From Perna viridis (lineage: Eukaryota): a stretch of DNA of 64,000 nucleotides. Location: the NCBI GenBank assembly GCA_037379345.1, contig CM074518.1:24428001-24492000 (forward strand), read 5' to 3'. Numbering within the stretch: position 1 is the stretch's first letter; each line of letters starts with the position of its first letter. The notes under the pieces are model-generated. The model did not search any database. It was not told the origin of the DNA and was given only the letters and a program-made list of their open reading frames with translations. Positions 27,211-39,550 of this stretch are shown in pieces. A program made the position numbers and the translations under genes.

Positions 27211-27863
27211 TTTACCTATACTCGGCGTCACATAAATAACATACTGTTAAAATTTGAATAAAAATATTTTCTACGACTTTATTGACACCTACCGTTGTTA
27301 AAATTGTCTTAAATGACTTGCTCATTCGTTTAGCCAAACGGCTTCTCCCTAAACATTGAATCGTTAAATTCCGGTCAGATTTTAATTCTCGGTGCCAATA
27401 TTTACATTGTAAAAAGTCGGCCATGTTTACAGTGATCGAGTTGCTAGGAGATATTGTTTACGTTTAAATGGTTTGTCCAAAAACCGAAGAACCCAGAATG
27501 CATTTCGGCGTTATTTCGGATATCTCGGATTTATTTTACGCGAACAACGTACAATACCGAGAAGTTAACCTACCAGACGATTGTCACCAGAGTTCAACAG
27601 GAACTTACGAACTTCATTTGTAAACAAATCGTCCCGTAGAAACCAACATGGCGGATATTAGTATGGGATTTTCCCGTAAGGATTTGTTACGCATGATTTA
27701 AGCTAAAAGCGACTTGTTCAGGGAGAAGCTGTTTGGCTAAACGAATGAGCAAGTCATTTAAGACAATTTAAACGACGGTAGGTGTCAATAAAGTCGTAGA
27801 AAATATTTTTATTCAAATTTTAACAGTATGTTATTTATGTGACGCCGAGTATAGTTAGGTAAA
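27211..27863. repeat. About 145-bp near-perfect inverted repeat (27211-27355 / 27715-27863) around a 360-bp CpG-rich spacer; likely promoter/first-exon region of the BTB gene
   Basis: ctatactcggcgtcacataaataac...gcttctccct is mirrored by agggagaagc...gtgacgccgagtatag; YY1-like AACATGGC motifs on both strands in the spacer. Confidence 0.85.
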
Positions 27864-28754
27864 CATTTTAATGACTTAATAAAATCGTACATGCATAATG
27901 CAGCATTAATGGTTTTGTCAACAAAAAATATTGTGGTTAGATATAGAGATACACTAGAAAATCAAGGCCAACGCCCACGGTATATGTAACTATAGTAAAT
28001 AGTCCCCCCTTTTTACTGCTTGTAATGAAAAGAGGAAACAGTATACAAGTCTTGACTTTCTGTTCGCTATATCAAATTTATTATTACGAAACTGACGAGT
28101 TATCAAAGACACCGATTTCACCACGTGCTTTAATTTGCCTAATTTCAAACATAAAAGGCAAGATGGCGGAAAATGATTTTAGCCGGGCAATAAAAATAAT
28201 ACGTAGATTTCAACGAAAAACAAGGGGATTCCTGCAAATTTGTACCCGCAGTTGTTTCATAAATATACCTCAATATTTGTATATATAAAGTAACAGATGA
28301 CAGTTGGCTCAAATGTTACAACAGGCTTCTTCTTTTGAGCACATCGACCACAGCACTCGAACAATGGATTCCGCAAATTTAATTTTAGCCACTTCGCGGA
28401 AATTCAGTTCAGAACGAGGCTTGGCGGGTATTTCAATTTGATTAAAAAATCATGTCTTTCATTTAGTTTAAACATACTTTATTTATGAATATCAAACATA
28501 TATGTACAAAATAGATCAAACAAAGTTGACAAATAGGATTCGGAAACAATCACTAAGCTCATATTAATCCGTCTCCTTATCAATACCGACAATTTATACA
28601 TTTAAACATACAACAAGCATGCTTAGGAAATAAGAAACATCATGTACATGTACTACTATGTAATGCAATATAGATATTGGTAATGAAAAGAAATCAATAA
28701 ATAAATAAATATATTCAACTCTTGAATCGATGCAGGGTTGCAAATTTGGTCGCT

Positions 28755-28848
28755 CCCTCAGCGGGATTCGAACCCCTTCCTTTCTCTGACATCTATGGCA
28801 ACACCGCCTGCACTGAAGTTCAACGCTCTAGACCACCCGGCCAACTAT
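28755..28848 (-). mobile_element. tRNA-derived SINE head / tRNA pseudogene
   Basis: A-box-like TGGCCGGGTGGTCTAGAGCG and B-box GGTTCGAATCCC on the minus strand; no convincing cloverleaf. Confidence 0.55.
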
Positions 28849-28957
28849 GCTTATCAAAATATAGCTTCCGTTAACCGACTGATACTTCCTCGTAAGTAAA
28901 TCTAGAACGCAAACATTAGCACATGATGTAACTGAATAGGTATCGACTAAGACAATA

Positions 28958-29121
28958 GTATGGCAAGCCAAAGTGGACAAAAATGCCTACTTATAAATAT
29001 TTATAAATAATTATAAATATTAATAAATGAACTATAAATATTAATAACGCAATAATGAATATTTATAATTATTTATAAATATTTATAAATAGGCATTTTT
29101 GTCCACTTTGGCTTGCCATAC
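28958..29121. mobile_element. 164-bp foldback MITE with AATA target-site duplication
   Basis: GTATGGCAAGCCAAAGTGGACAAAAATGCCTA... / ...TAGGCATTTTTGTCCACTTTGGCTTGCCATAC; AATA on both sides. Confidence 0.9.
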
Positions 29122-31019
29122 AATAGAAGATCTGCAACAGTACACAAATACAGCCACAGTCTAATGGGGTGAGGCAACTCTACCATTTTATTTGCTAGTA
29201 CATTAATATGTAGATACATAGCATGCACGGCGAGGATCAACATAGAATGTTAATACAGGGATGCATACAAAATGTACATATATATAATCAAGTCTAAACT
29301 ACACCCCAACTCTAGAATCGATGCAAGGCTGCAAAATTGCATCCGATGCAAATTTGGTCGCTCCCTCAGCGGGATTATATATATAATTACGTTGGGAAGA
29401 ATGAAAGGAGTATTGAAATGCAGTTCAACAGAAGCGTTTGCTCTGAACAATGTATTTTTAACAAGTTTTAATACATAAATATTTTCATCAAATGTTAGAA
29501 TATCTGACTCATACAATAACAAGTTTATATCGATAGATAATTAAGTGTCTTTCATTTGACATAATTATTATCAAGGAGCATCTGCTGGCACACCTTGAAA
29601 GACCTGCAATACTGTAGGTCACACATAAAACTTCGCTGCTACTGGTCGTTAAGAAATTCGACATTTTTTCGTTATCTTTATAATAAAAACCCAGATTTTT
29701 TTATAGTACATGTACTTAGCCTATACTGTATGTTTTATTTTTTTTTTTAAATCCAGGGACTTTTACCGGGAAGGGGGATGGGCTGGTCATTTAAAAAACA
29801 TATAAAGCATTTGTTTTCTAGATTCGTTCTTGTATAATTGTTAAAAAATACAAAAGCCTAGTACATGATAAGAAAACATATTGACATTACCCTGCGCATG
29901 GTAAATTATATATATATATGTATATGACGCGCGGTACATTTCGCAGTTCCAAGGCGGAATTTCTCAACTTCCAAGTTGACATTTATCAGTTCCAAGTTGT
30001 CATAACTATGATTTTGCATGTATTATTATATCAAATTTTATCATTATTTCAGCCATTTTATTGTGTTATCCTTACCTTTCCAATGGTAATTTCTACAGGA
30101 AATTTGAAATGCTTCTGTTGACATTTTAGATTTAGTCAGACTTCATCTGTGCTTATTTCGGTCATAATGCTATAGCTTAGAACTAGAATATCTCCTGGTG
30201 CAATTTGTTAAGATTAAGGGCCAAAAAAATTTTTGCTAGATTGACTGCACCGTAGCAAAATGTAACTATATAGTGGACATTGGTGAACTTAAGCTGTGAG
30301 GTTCAACGTAAGAAGTTACAAAAATTATCATGATACTGTACAAAATCCACAAAGGTCTGGTGCCAAGATCACTGAAAATATTTTATTAAAAACTGACTTA
30401 TTATCAACTGAAAGTATAATAAAGTTAAACCTCAATTGATCTACTATCAATGGAGAAACTGTTTTTCTCTTAATTTCAAGCTATTAACGAAAACTTAGTA
30501 TTTTCCCCACTTCGACCTGACATACACTGTCAATACTCGTTTTTTACATACTTAAACTTGGATTTATATTGAAACTGAAAGTAATTACTATCATACAAAA
30601 GAAAAATATTATTTGCACTCCATGGTATAATAATCGATTTAAAGGGGGCGTCGGACGGATTGTCATGATACACACGTACTACTACTATACACTTTAATTA
30701 AAATCCATAACCGATCACCGTTACAAATCTCGATAAGTCCGTTACCATTCCACAACGTAATGCATGCACCCGAGAGGGAGCAACACTGTAGGCGAATCCA
30801 ATGAGGTATGAGACCCCCCTTTTATCAATTTGCAAAATTTATGAAAATAGCGTATTTTTGTGTATGTATGCATTAAAATGTGTTTATCAAGTTTTTTTTT
30901 CTCGATGGACCTCTGTATCCACCACTCATACTACAGATTCTAGACAGGGGTGTAAACAATATAATTGAATGTTTTTAGTTTATTACTTGTGATAGCTAAG
31001 ATTTCATGCGGAAATTTCA

Positions 31020-31830
31020 ATTAAGGGTGTGATACGTCCGGCTCTGGGACCCATATTGGGGCCTGTCATGTGTAATATTTTTATCAATGACATTTCTGAT
31101 TTTGTTATTCAGCCAACCTTATACATGAATAATTATGCTGGTGACAATTCTGAATCTTATACTGACAGTAATCCAACTACTTTAAAATCTGTAGTAGGAA
31201 ATGGCAGTAATTATAAATCAATGAAAAATTGATTTCATATAAAAAAGATAAAAGCAAACCCTTACAAGTTTCAGGCCATGACTCTGTGTTTAAAAAAAAA
31301 CAAAAAAAAAACAGTCTAATTACAAATATGTAAAAAGAGCTGATAGACAGCTTAAACGTTCTCAAGCGCGTTGGTCATCATTTACACCGTCTGAGCAATA
31401 TTACAATTTATTACTCGTTTATAGTGTTTTACTTTACTTTTGTAGACTCACATGTCATTTCTTCATCAAAGGTAATAGAGCGGACTTTACGATTTATTTA
31501 CAGTGACAAATTTTTTTAATGAAAAATTATCAGAAAAATTGATGTTGCACTCATTGAAAATAAGACGCCTGAGAACGATGGCAATAAAAACTTATAAAAG
31601 TATTAAGGACAGTCCTGTATTTTCACCAAATCTGGTCGGTATGAACAATATAATTCCTATAACTTCAGGTATACCAGCACTGTAGATATACCCGGAGTAC
31701 AAACTGTACCAGGTACGGTCTTTAATCATTAAGGTTTTCAGCCCTTAGAATAGTCTCCCAAATGAGCTGAGGAACCAATCTCAGTTCAAGACCCTCGTTA
31801 CTACTGGACAGGTTCTTCCTGTCCATGTGT
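31020..31830 (+). mobile_element. Degraded LINE RT fragment
   Basis: GPILGPVMCNIFINDI...YAGD (decayed QGSILGP/YADD motifs); LHSLKIRR. Confidence 0.65.
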
Positions 31831-31994
31831 TAGCTGTAAATCTGAAGTGCTAAATATTACATGTATATAGAGTTTGCTTCTGCTGTTTTATGCTTTTAGA
31901 TTCATGCATGTCTTGTTTTTAGATTTATGGTGCTCTACTGTGTGCTTCTTACCTGCTTAGTCTTAATTTATATTCCTTCAGCTTGCTTATTAAA

Positions 31995-32390
31995 TACCAG
32001 TCCGCATAAAATTCAGACACTACCAATGGTAAAGTGATTTATGGTCAAGAAAACCCGACTAACAAACGATGCTTTTTAGTCTACATATGCTATACTTTCA
32101 CACAACAACAGGCTTTTCTGCATTCAGATTTGCACTTTTTAGAAAATCATACATTTATCTCCCACTAAAAGCAACCAAATCAAGCCAAATCAAGAACGAT
32201 AACTCTTGCAAAGTGCAAATTTCATGTACAATCTATATAATTTTTATCTCAAAAGCGCAACAATCAAATGAAAAACTAAGACTGGTTACATGATCAGTTA
32301 CTGTGTCTGAACAAGAAATATAACTGAATTCGGTGTGTTTTTGACATGCATGAATCACCTTCTGTCTGATTTTTAGAAAGACTGATACTT
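31995..32390. repeat. Dispersed repeat, second copy at about 47745-48185
   Basis: Shared agtcc..ataaaattcagacact.ccaatggtaaag...acaaacgatgctttt...tcatgtacaatctatataatttt...catgaatcacct. Confidence 0.75.
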
Positions 32391-32549
32391 AATTATAGGT
32401 TGTTTTGTATTGTGTGTCTTATTTCATTTATGTATTTCTGCTTCAGTGTTGTAATATTTGTATGTTTTGTGTCTATTTTATGTATAAGTCCTTATGAAAA
32501 CTCATGAGAGCTTATGTTATTAATACGAAACACGACTATATGTAAAAAT

Positions 32550-33720
32550 TCTTGGTTCTTGGGATGACCACATTGACTGCATAGTTCAATAGGCTTATAG
32601 TAGGATTAATATTTTACGAAAGATGCGTTTCATTCTTGACAGAATCACCTTAGAGAAAATGTATTTTTCATTTATTCGGCCAATTTTAGAATATGGTGTT
32701 ATTTGGGACAATTCGACAATGTCCTTAATTAACAAGCTAGAAAATGTTCAGATAGAAGCTATGCGAATTGTGACGGGAGGGACCAAATTAACATCTATCC
32801 AGGAACTGTATAAGGAAACGGGATGGGAAAAACTTTCGGACAGAAGGGAAAAACATAGACTCATATTATTATATAAGATTATCAACAAGGAAACTCCAGA
32901 GTATTTGCAATCGTTAATTCCAAACTCGGTTGATTCCTTGCATGGACATTATACTAGACAATCACAAAATATTTTAGAAATTCGCACGAGAACTTACTCC
33001 TATTCTGAATACTGTCTGCCATCAATAGTTAAACTGTGGAACAAACTTCCTTATATTACCAGGAGTTCTAGTTCCACTCACATTTTTAGAAATAAGATTA
33101 AGGAACATTTGATAAAATGTCCGAATCTTTACTTTATTAGTACACGACTAGGGCAAATATTACATGCCAGACTGCGAATGAACAAACAGTGCTTCACTCA
33201 ACGAACATCTGTTCAGTCGTAAACTTGTAAATTCCCCTAATTGCACCTGTGGTCATGTCGAATCAACTTCCCATTTTTTGCTCCTTTGTCCCAAATATAC
33301 TTTATTACGAAATGAAATCATATTTTCTATGGTACTTGCTGTACCTATTACTGTAAATGTATTGTATGGCTCAAATATTCTAAATGCTGAACAAAACGTA
33401 GAAGTTTTTCTTAAAGTTCAGAAGTTCATTATCAAAAGTAAAATGTCTATGAATGCATGACTTCCATGCACTGCATCTCTACACTAATTTTGTAATTCCA
33501 TTTTTGTTTTTCTCTTTGTTTGTCTTATTTACTAGTCAATTATGAAAATCATTCCACATGCATCTTATTTATAAGAATATTCTTGCAAGTCTACTCTTAA
33601 GGACACGGAACATTGTATAAGCTATCTAGCTTCTTTCCGAATCCTACCATGAGTTTGTATGTAAATGTGTATACTGTATTTGCTTGTGCTTATATTTGAA
33701 TAAATATGTTTAAACTAAAT
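32550..33720 (+). mobile_element. 5'-truncated CR1-like LINE (RT C-terminus and 3' tail)
   Basis: YFSFIRPILEYG..WD...LENVQ...RIVTG, WNKLP, CTCGHVESTSHF.L.CP; tail ending aataaatatgtttaaactaaat. Confidence 0.85.
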
Positions 33721-33915
33721 AAAAATTACTTTCTTACTTACTAGTGTCTTTATATAAACATATACACAAAAAGAGACCGATCTAAATGCCCCCGGTGATA
33801 CTGAACTAAAATAATGTTAATATGTTTATAGTTTCAATATAACAAGTATGAATTATGTTGTAAATTACATCAGACTTTACTCAATTTATGATGTCAAATA
33901 TTGAAATGTGGTGTT

Positions 33916-34091
33916 CAGTGGCGGATCTGGTGGGGATGCAGGGGTTTGGCACCCCTCCTATTTATTGGAAAAATTGTCATTTTCATGTGTAAAATAGTAT
34001 AAAATGGAATTGTTTCCTAGCACCTTTCCCTTTTCTAAGGAACCCCGACTGGCACCCTCTTTAATTTTCAAAGTGTCTGGATCCACCCCTG
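33916..34091. mobile_element. Short MITE
   Basis: Termini CAGTGGCGGATC ... GGATCCACCCCTG form imperfect inverted repeats. Confidence 0.65.
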
Positions 34092-35979
34092 CTGCTTATG
34101 TTGACTTTGCTTAATGGCGACGCACCGGTGGCGACGATAGAGTTACAAGTCCAAGTGTTCAAGTTTCTCGGTTATTAGAAATTATATTAATTACAAATAT
34201 GAGATTTTTTGTATGACTAACTGACCATACTGAATTTTTTTATAGCAGGAATTTATAAATAAATACATGTAGTCTTATACAGATTTTATGAAAGTTGATT
34301 CATATATTTAATTGTACCAGGGTCTATATAATACCGAATAGTCTGTACATGTAACACAAAGTCCGCCTAAATACTTGGATTATTACCAATTTATCTAAAT
34401 GATTGTGTGTGATTCGGTACTTGAACTAAAATTGATCACCAACATGAGAATATCCACTTCGTAATCAGTAAATTCCCATATTGTCAAAATAAATTCATGA
34501 TTTTTTATACCAGCTAACATTTTACCATACTTATGTAATATTGATTCATTATTATATTTGTAGTTAGTAAGAATAGAATTAAGATTTTCCGATGATTACA
34601 AATGCACGTGACTGTTTACACACCGGGCGGTGATTAAATTTCTGCGAGAGATTTCCCGCAATTTTACATTTTCGAGTTTTCTACAGATTTCATGGGAGAA
34701 ACAGATTCTCCTCCAATGCTGTCGGGAATTACAAGATTTCTCCTATCTCGATAGTTAAAGCTGAAGCTCAACGGTTGAAATCTATAATTTAACTCTCCTC
34801 GATACTGAAGGAGAATCTAGTATTATATATACTTCACGGACACCTGTAGTATTCTTACAGTAGTGACCGGTGTTCCTTTGAAACTGTGCGTATATTTCCA
34901 ATATTCTTTATATTCTTTGAATTGTGCTTCCAGGGACAATAATGGGGGTTCGGGCTATTATTTGCTCATTTGTTCAAATCTTTGCACGAAATTATCATAA
35001 TTCCAGCAAAATGACGAATTATAGTTCCCAGAACCCCTCTCTGCTTGCATCCTCCATTTGTACTTCGAAGAACCTAGCCAATTAGAAAAAGAAAACAGAC
35101 AGACAGTAAATAACGCGTATAGTGATTGCACAACGATAACAACTGTTCATTTTTTTCTTTTATGATTCCAATATGTTATTATTGTATCTAATATGTTCAT
35201 GATACGTATATAGTTTGTCTAAGTTAAATTGAATAAATCTTGAAATCTTGTGAACGGAAATGGCGCTAAAAAAGCTGATAGCGGTACGCGCTTTCCATGA
35301 CGTCAAACTGAATCAATATGTCGTCCGATGTGATTTGAAATCCTTTCAACTCAAAGAAAAGTTGTTAGACCAGAAGAAGGTAAAATTTAAACTTTAATAC
35401 AACTGGGATCGTTTTACTTATTAGCAATTTCCCAAAACGATGTTTTATTTCATGCTGACACCCACTAGTCAACGTGCAAATATTTCATTTTCCCGCCATT
35501 TTAACAGCCAAATACTCATTATAGAAAATTATTTGCACTCGCCAACAAATTTTATATAAATACTAGTAGTCGTAATCTAAGACTAAATACAGATGTCATC
35601 TTTTAGAAGTAGAAATAACAGTTCTTCATTTGTCTTTAAATAGATAATGTCCGAGGAAATATGTTATAATTACCCTGTCCCTTCATCCGTTTAAGTTTTC
35701 ATAAAAAAACATTAAAACATTGTCGAAATACTCAGCAAGACAATTCAATGATTTATTATTTGCACATCAAGTGAATTAAGTTTTTCTTTCACATTTTCCT
35801 TGAGAAAAAAATCGTTTGCCGGGTTTGGTCCCCACCTTTTCTACCAGTACTCATTCATTAAGATTAGTATGAAACATATCACAACAATTGCAAATTAATA
35901 CCAATTTTTATTTTCGTACTGCAAAACAGTTTTTAACAGTGATTTTCCCCCTTTATTTTTTGGTAGTTCTAGAACTTTG

Positions 35980-38653
35980 ATGATGGATAATTTACAAGAC
36001 TTAGCTAATATTGAAGACAAGACAGAAAGTCAAGACAGTGTAAGTCGCTTTTATATTTAAAACTGTGAAAGAATGGAAACTAATTGATACTTTGACAGTG
36101 ATGAAATGTCTATAATATACATATGTACTTGCAAATTTGGAGGCATCAATTATTGATTTGATGATTGCAAAATGTGTTAACCTGCGGCGCGTCAACGTAG
36201 CAAGTTGAAGGATTGTATTTGTTTTTGTTATTTTTAATTCTAGTAGTTATTGTGTTTTGCTTTGATTTCTTGTTGTTGTTTTGTGTAATTATTATATACA
36301 CGAAAAAGTACTTGAGGTACATGTATGAATGGTTCCGACTACTACCGCTTTTTCATCGACAATCATGAAAATATTTTTTGTTTCTATGCTTAGTCATTGC
36401 AATACCTCAAATAAAATACATTACAAACCATCCTCTTTCGCGTATTTACAATATTGTTTTATCAAAACTAACATAATTTCCAAGTACATGTGAATGTATC
36501 TAGATTTAAATTCTTCGCAATTGTGTCTGGAGAAGTTGAATCTATATATTTCATGAAATATTCATAGATATTTTCATACTTTTTTTTAGTTTGCCAGTGC
36601 AAGAGATGTAAAGTTATTTTATATAGGGAGCTCACCACACAACCATGAGCATGTTTCACGGAGACAGGTTTACACACAGAATGAGCTGGACAACCACTTC
36701 AAAAAAGACAAAGAGAAACTATCAATCAAGTCAAGAGTTCGACGATCTGTATGCTGTCGAAAGGAAAAAATTCTTGAATATATTGCAAAATTTTTTCCAA
36801 TTTTTTTGGTCATAAAATCGTACAAGATAAGCTATATACTGAATGATTTAGTTTCTGGAATTACCATCGGCTGTTTGAGTTTTCCGCTTGGAATAGCATT
36901 CGGAGTGCTCGCGTCTTTAAAACCCGAGTATGGGCTTTATTCGTCCTTCTCAAATGTGCTGGTTTACATGCTATTTGGAACTTCCCGTCATGTATCATTC
37001 GGAACGAATGGAATAATCAGTTTGTTCACTTCAGAACTAGTTCATTCGCACCTACAGGAGGCAGCAGACCCTGGAGCGACGAATCCAGAGGATGACATTG
37101 AGCTAAAGTCATCGATCGCATCCGGTGCTACATGCATCATAGGTTTAATTTTACTACTGATGGGACTATTTCGACTCGGATTTGTAGTATCTTATGTATC
37201 TTCGTCGTTCGTCTGCGGGTTTACAACTGCTGGAGGGGTACACATTGTTACTAGCATGCTACCCGGTGCCCTTGGGCTAAATGTGAGCAGGCATACAGGT
37301 CCAGGAAACCAAATTTTTGCCTACAAGGAAATTTTTGAAAATATTCAAGATGTTCACACAAGCTCTCTCGTTGCATCATTGATAACCATATCCGTACTAC
37401 TGTTTTTCAAAGATTTCATCAACATAAAGTATAAGAACAAATTAAGAACACCAATACCTATCGATTTCATTGTTATCATAACTGCAAATATCATATCACT
37501 TTTCTCTAAATTATCCGAAAACTATGGTATGGAAGTTATCGGAGACATACCAGCAGGGCTCCCATCGCCAAAGATTCCGTATCTCTCCTTCAGTCTTGTT
37601 TTAGACTCGTTTGTCGTTGCTATTATGATCTTCATGTTGTCAGTATCAATGTCGCGACTGTGTGAGGCTGCACACAACTACAGAGTAGATGACAATCAAG
37701 AACTGGTGGCTTATGGACTATCAAACTTTGTCAGCTCATTCTTTCTTTGCTTCCCGTCCTGTGCTGGTCCAGCAAGAACAATAACACTATGCATCATGGG
37801 TCCTAAGTCAACGTTACATGCATTGGTATCGACAGCTTTCATACTCTTTATTTTGTTGTTAATTGGACCCCTGTTTAGAACCCTTCCCAAACCAGTTCTT
37901 GCAGCAATGGTGATAATTGCTGTGAAAAACCTAGTAACCCAGCTTAAAGAGCTCCCAGAAATGTGGAGACTCAACCGGTACGACTTCTTTATCGCTGCAG
38001 GTACCATTCTCAGTGGCGTGTTGATCGACTTCCCCTATGCGCTTTACGTCGGTTCCGTTTTATGTCTGTTTACTGTTGTTCTGCAGAGTCAACACCCAAA
38101 AGCATACCTCATGGCGAAGCTTCTGAATGAGGATAGATTCTTGAATACTAATGTGTATCATGATTTACTGATTCATCCAAGGATTAAAATATTCAAGTTT
38201 GAGTCGTCGCTGTATTTTGCAACTGCTGAAAGATTCCGCCGGAAATTACACCAGTTAACCGATGACAAGCTACAAAATCATATGCAAACTAGTATTCGCA
38301 AAGAAATGTATGTTGTGGCGAGCAAAGACGAAGATAGAAATTTGGATCACATAAATAGAGAAAGCGTCCTGTCTTTCACTCGTTTACCATGGGACGGACT
38401 CCATGACAAAACACTGCATAACAAGGACTATATCATCGTAGACTGCTCATCAATAAATTATATCGATATCAACGGATTACGTATCTTGATCCAGGTTATC
38501 TGTGATATGGAAAACGATGGTATTACAATCGTGTTTGCAAACTGTAACCGGTATGTGAAGAATTTCTTCAAGAAATCAGAATTATCGACGAAAATATCAG
38601 AGGAACACATTTTCCCTGATGTTCTAGACGCGTATAATGCTTTGATTATGTAG
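35980..38653 (+). CDS. SLC26/SulP anion transporter with STAS domain; exons 35980-36039 and 36590-38653
   Basis: DLVSGITIG, PEYGLYSSF...FGTSRHVSFG, NQELVAYGLSN, STAS IIVDCSSINYIDING; frame open upstream to acceptor ttttttttag|TTT (phase 0), matching donor AGT|gtaagt of a 20-codon ATG exon. Confidence 0.92.
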
Positions 38654-39027
38654 AAAAATTTAAAGATTAACATTAAACTCTTATTTCCTCTTCTAATACT
38701 TCCAATGTTTGGATTTCTTTCCTGCTGTCCTGCATTTTCCTTAGCACCCTTTTGATTGTTCCAGTATATATTGATAGGGAATAATTTAATATCAAGAGTG
38801 TGTTCTTTGATAGGTCATCTGAAGACAAGTTATGTGTTTAAATTAGCAAGGTGATTCATGAAGTAACACGTTGAACAAAAAAAAAAACAAAACAAAAACA
38901 AAACAAAAACAAAAAAAAACTGATGAACTAAACTATTCTCTATGATTTGGTCATCTTATCTGCTTCTTTGATGGTTAGAACTAGTGATATTATAATTGGT
39001 TGTTGTGAGACTGTGTATTACTCTATA

Positions 39028-39550
39028 TTTGTTTGTTTGTTTGTTTGTTGGGGTTTAACGTCCGAGCAGCAATATTTCAGCTATATTCAGACGATGAACA
39101 TGAAATTGATGATAAAATGAACATGAAATGATGATGAAAAGAAAAAGGGATGGGACACAAGGACAATGGGGTCGACAAATTTTGATTACCACTGGAAATA
39201 GGGAGAGGTGGGTATGGTCGGGCAATTTAGCCTCCTGTGGCGGAGCCCTATGGTTCCTACTCCGGGAGAATACCACAGTAGGGTTCTTTAACGTGCGAGG
39301 AACGTGGCATCTTTCCCAACACGGTGCACCACTATGGTTTGCGGTCAGGTTTTCCGTATTATTGCCTGACAACCCCAGCATGTAACACACCAGGGGTACC
39401 CCATTCCACCACCTGCGGCACACATCCCAGTTGCTCTGTGGACAGAGCGCCCTAGCCCCAGGCTAGGGTTCTGAGCACTATTTAGTCGCCTTTTACGACA
39501 AGCTTAGCGCTGCTGCAGGCCTATTCTTTTAACACCCGGACCTGCACGGG
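39028..39550 (-). mobile_element. SINE-like retroposon with structured 5' head and (CAAA)n tail
   Basis: Head CCCGTGCAGGTCCGGG...GCTTGTCGTAAAAGGCGACTAA; tail GCTGAAATATTGCT...GACGTTAAAC..(CAAA)n; degenerate 14-bp TSD gtattactctatat / gcattactttatgt. Confidence 0.8.

Larger units (their letters stand above)
28460..29600 (-). mobile_element. 3' end of a CR1-like LINE interrupted by nested elements
   Basis: Reverse-strand LLYESDILTFDEN..V..LV (LINE ORF2 C-terminus) and tail GGAGACGGATT...CCGAATCC...TAAAGTATGTTTAAACTAAAT shared with copies at about 33.6 and 43.2 kb. Confidence 0.6.

Noticed and set aside
28755-28848. Functional tRNA (a UUCA stretch suggested tRNA-Sec)
   Set aside because: Acceptor and anticodon stems do not pair and A/B box spacing is long; better explained as a SINE head
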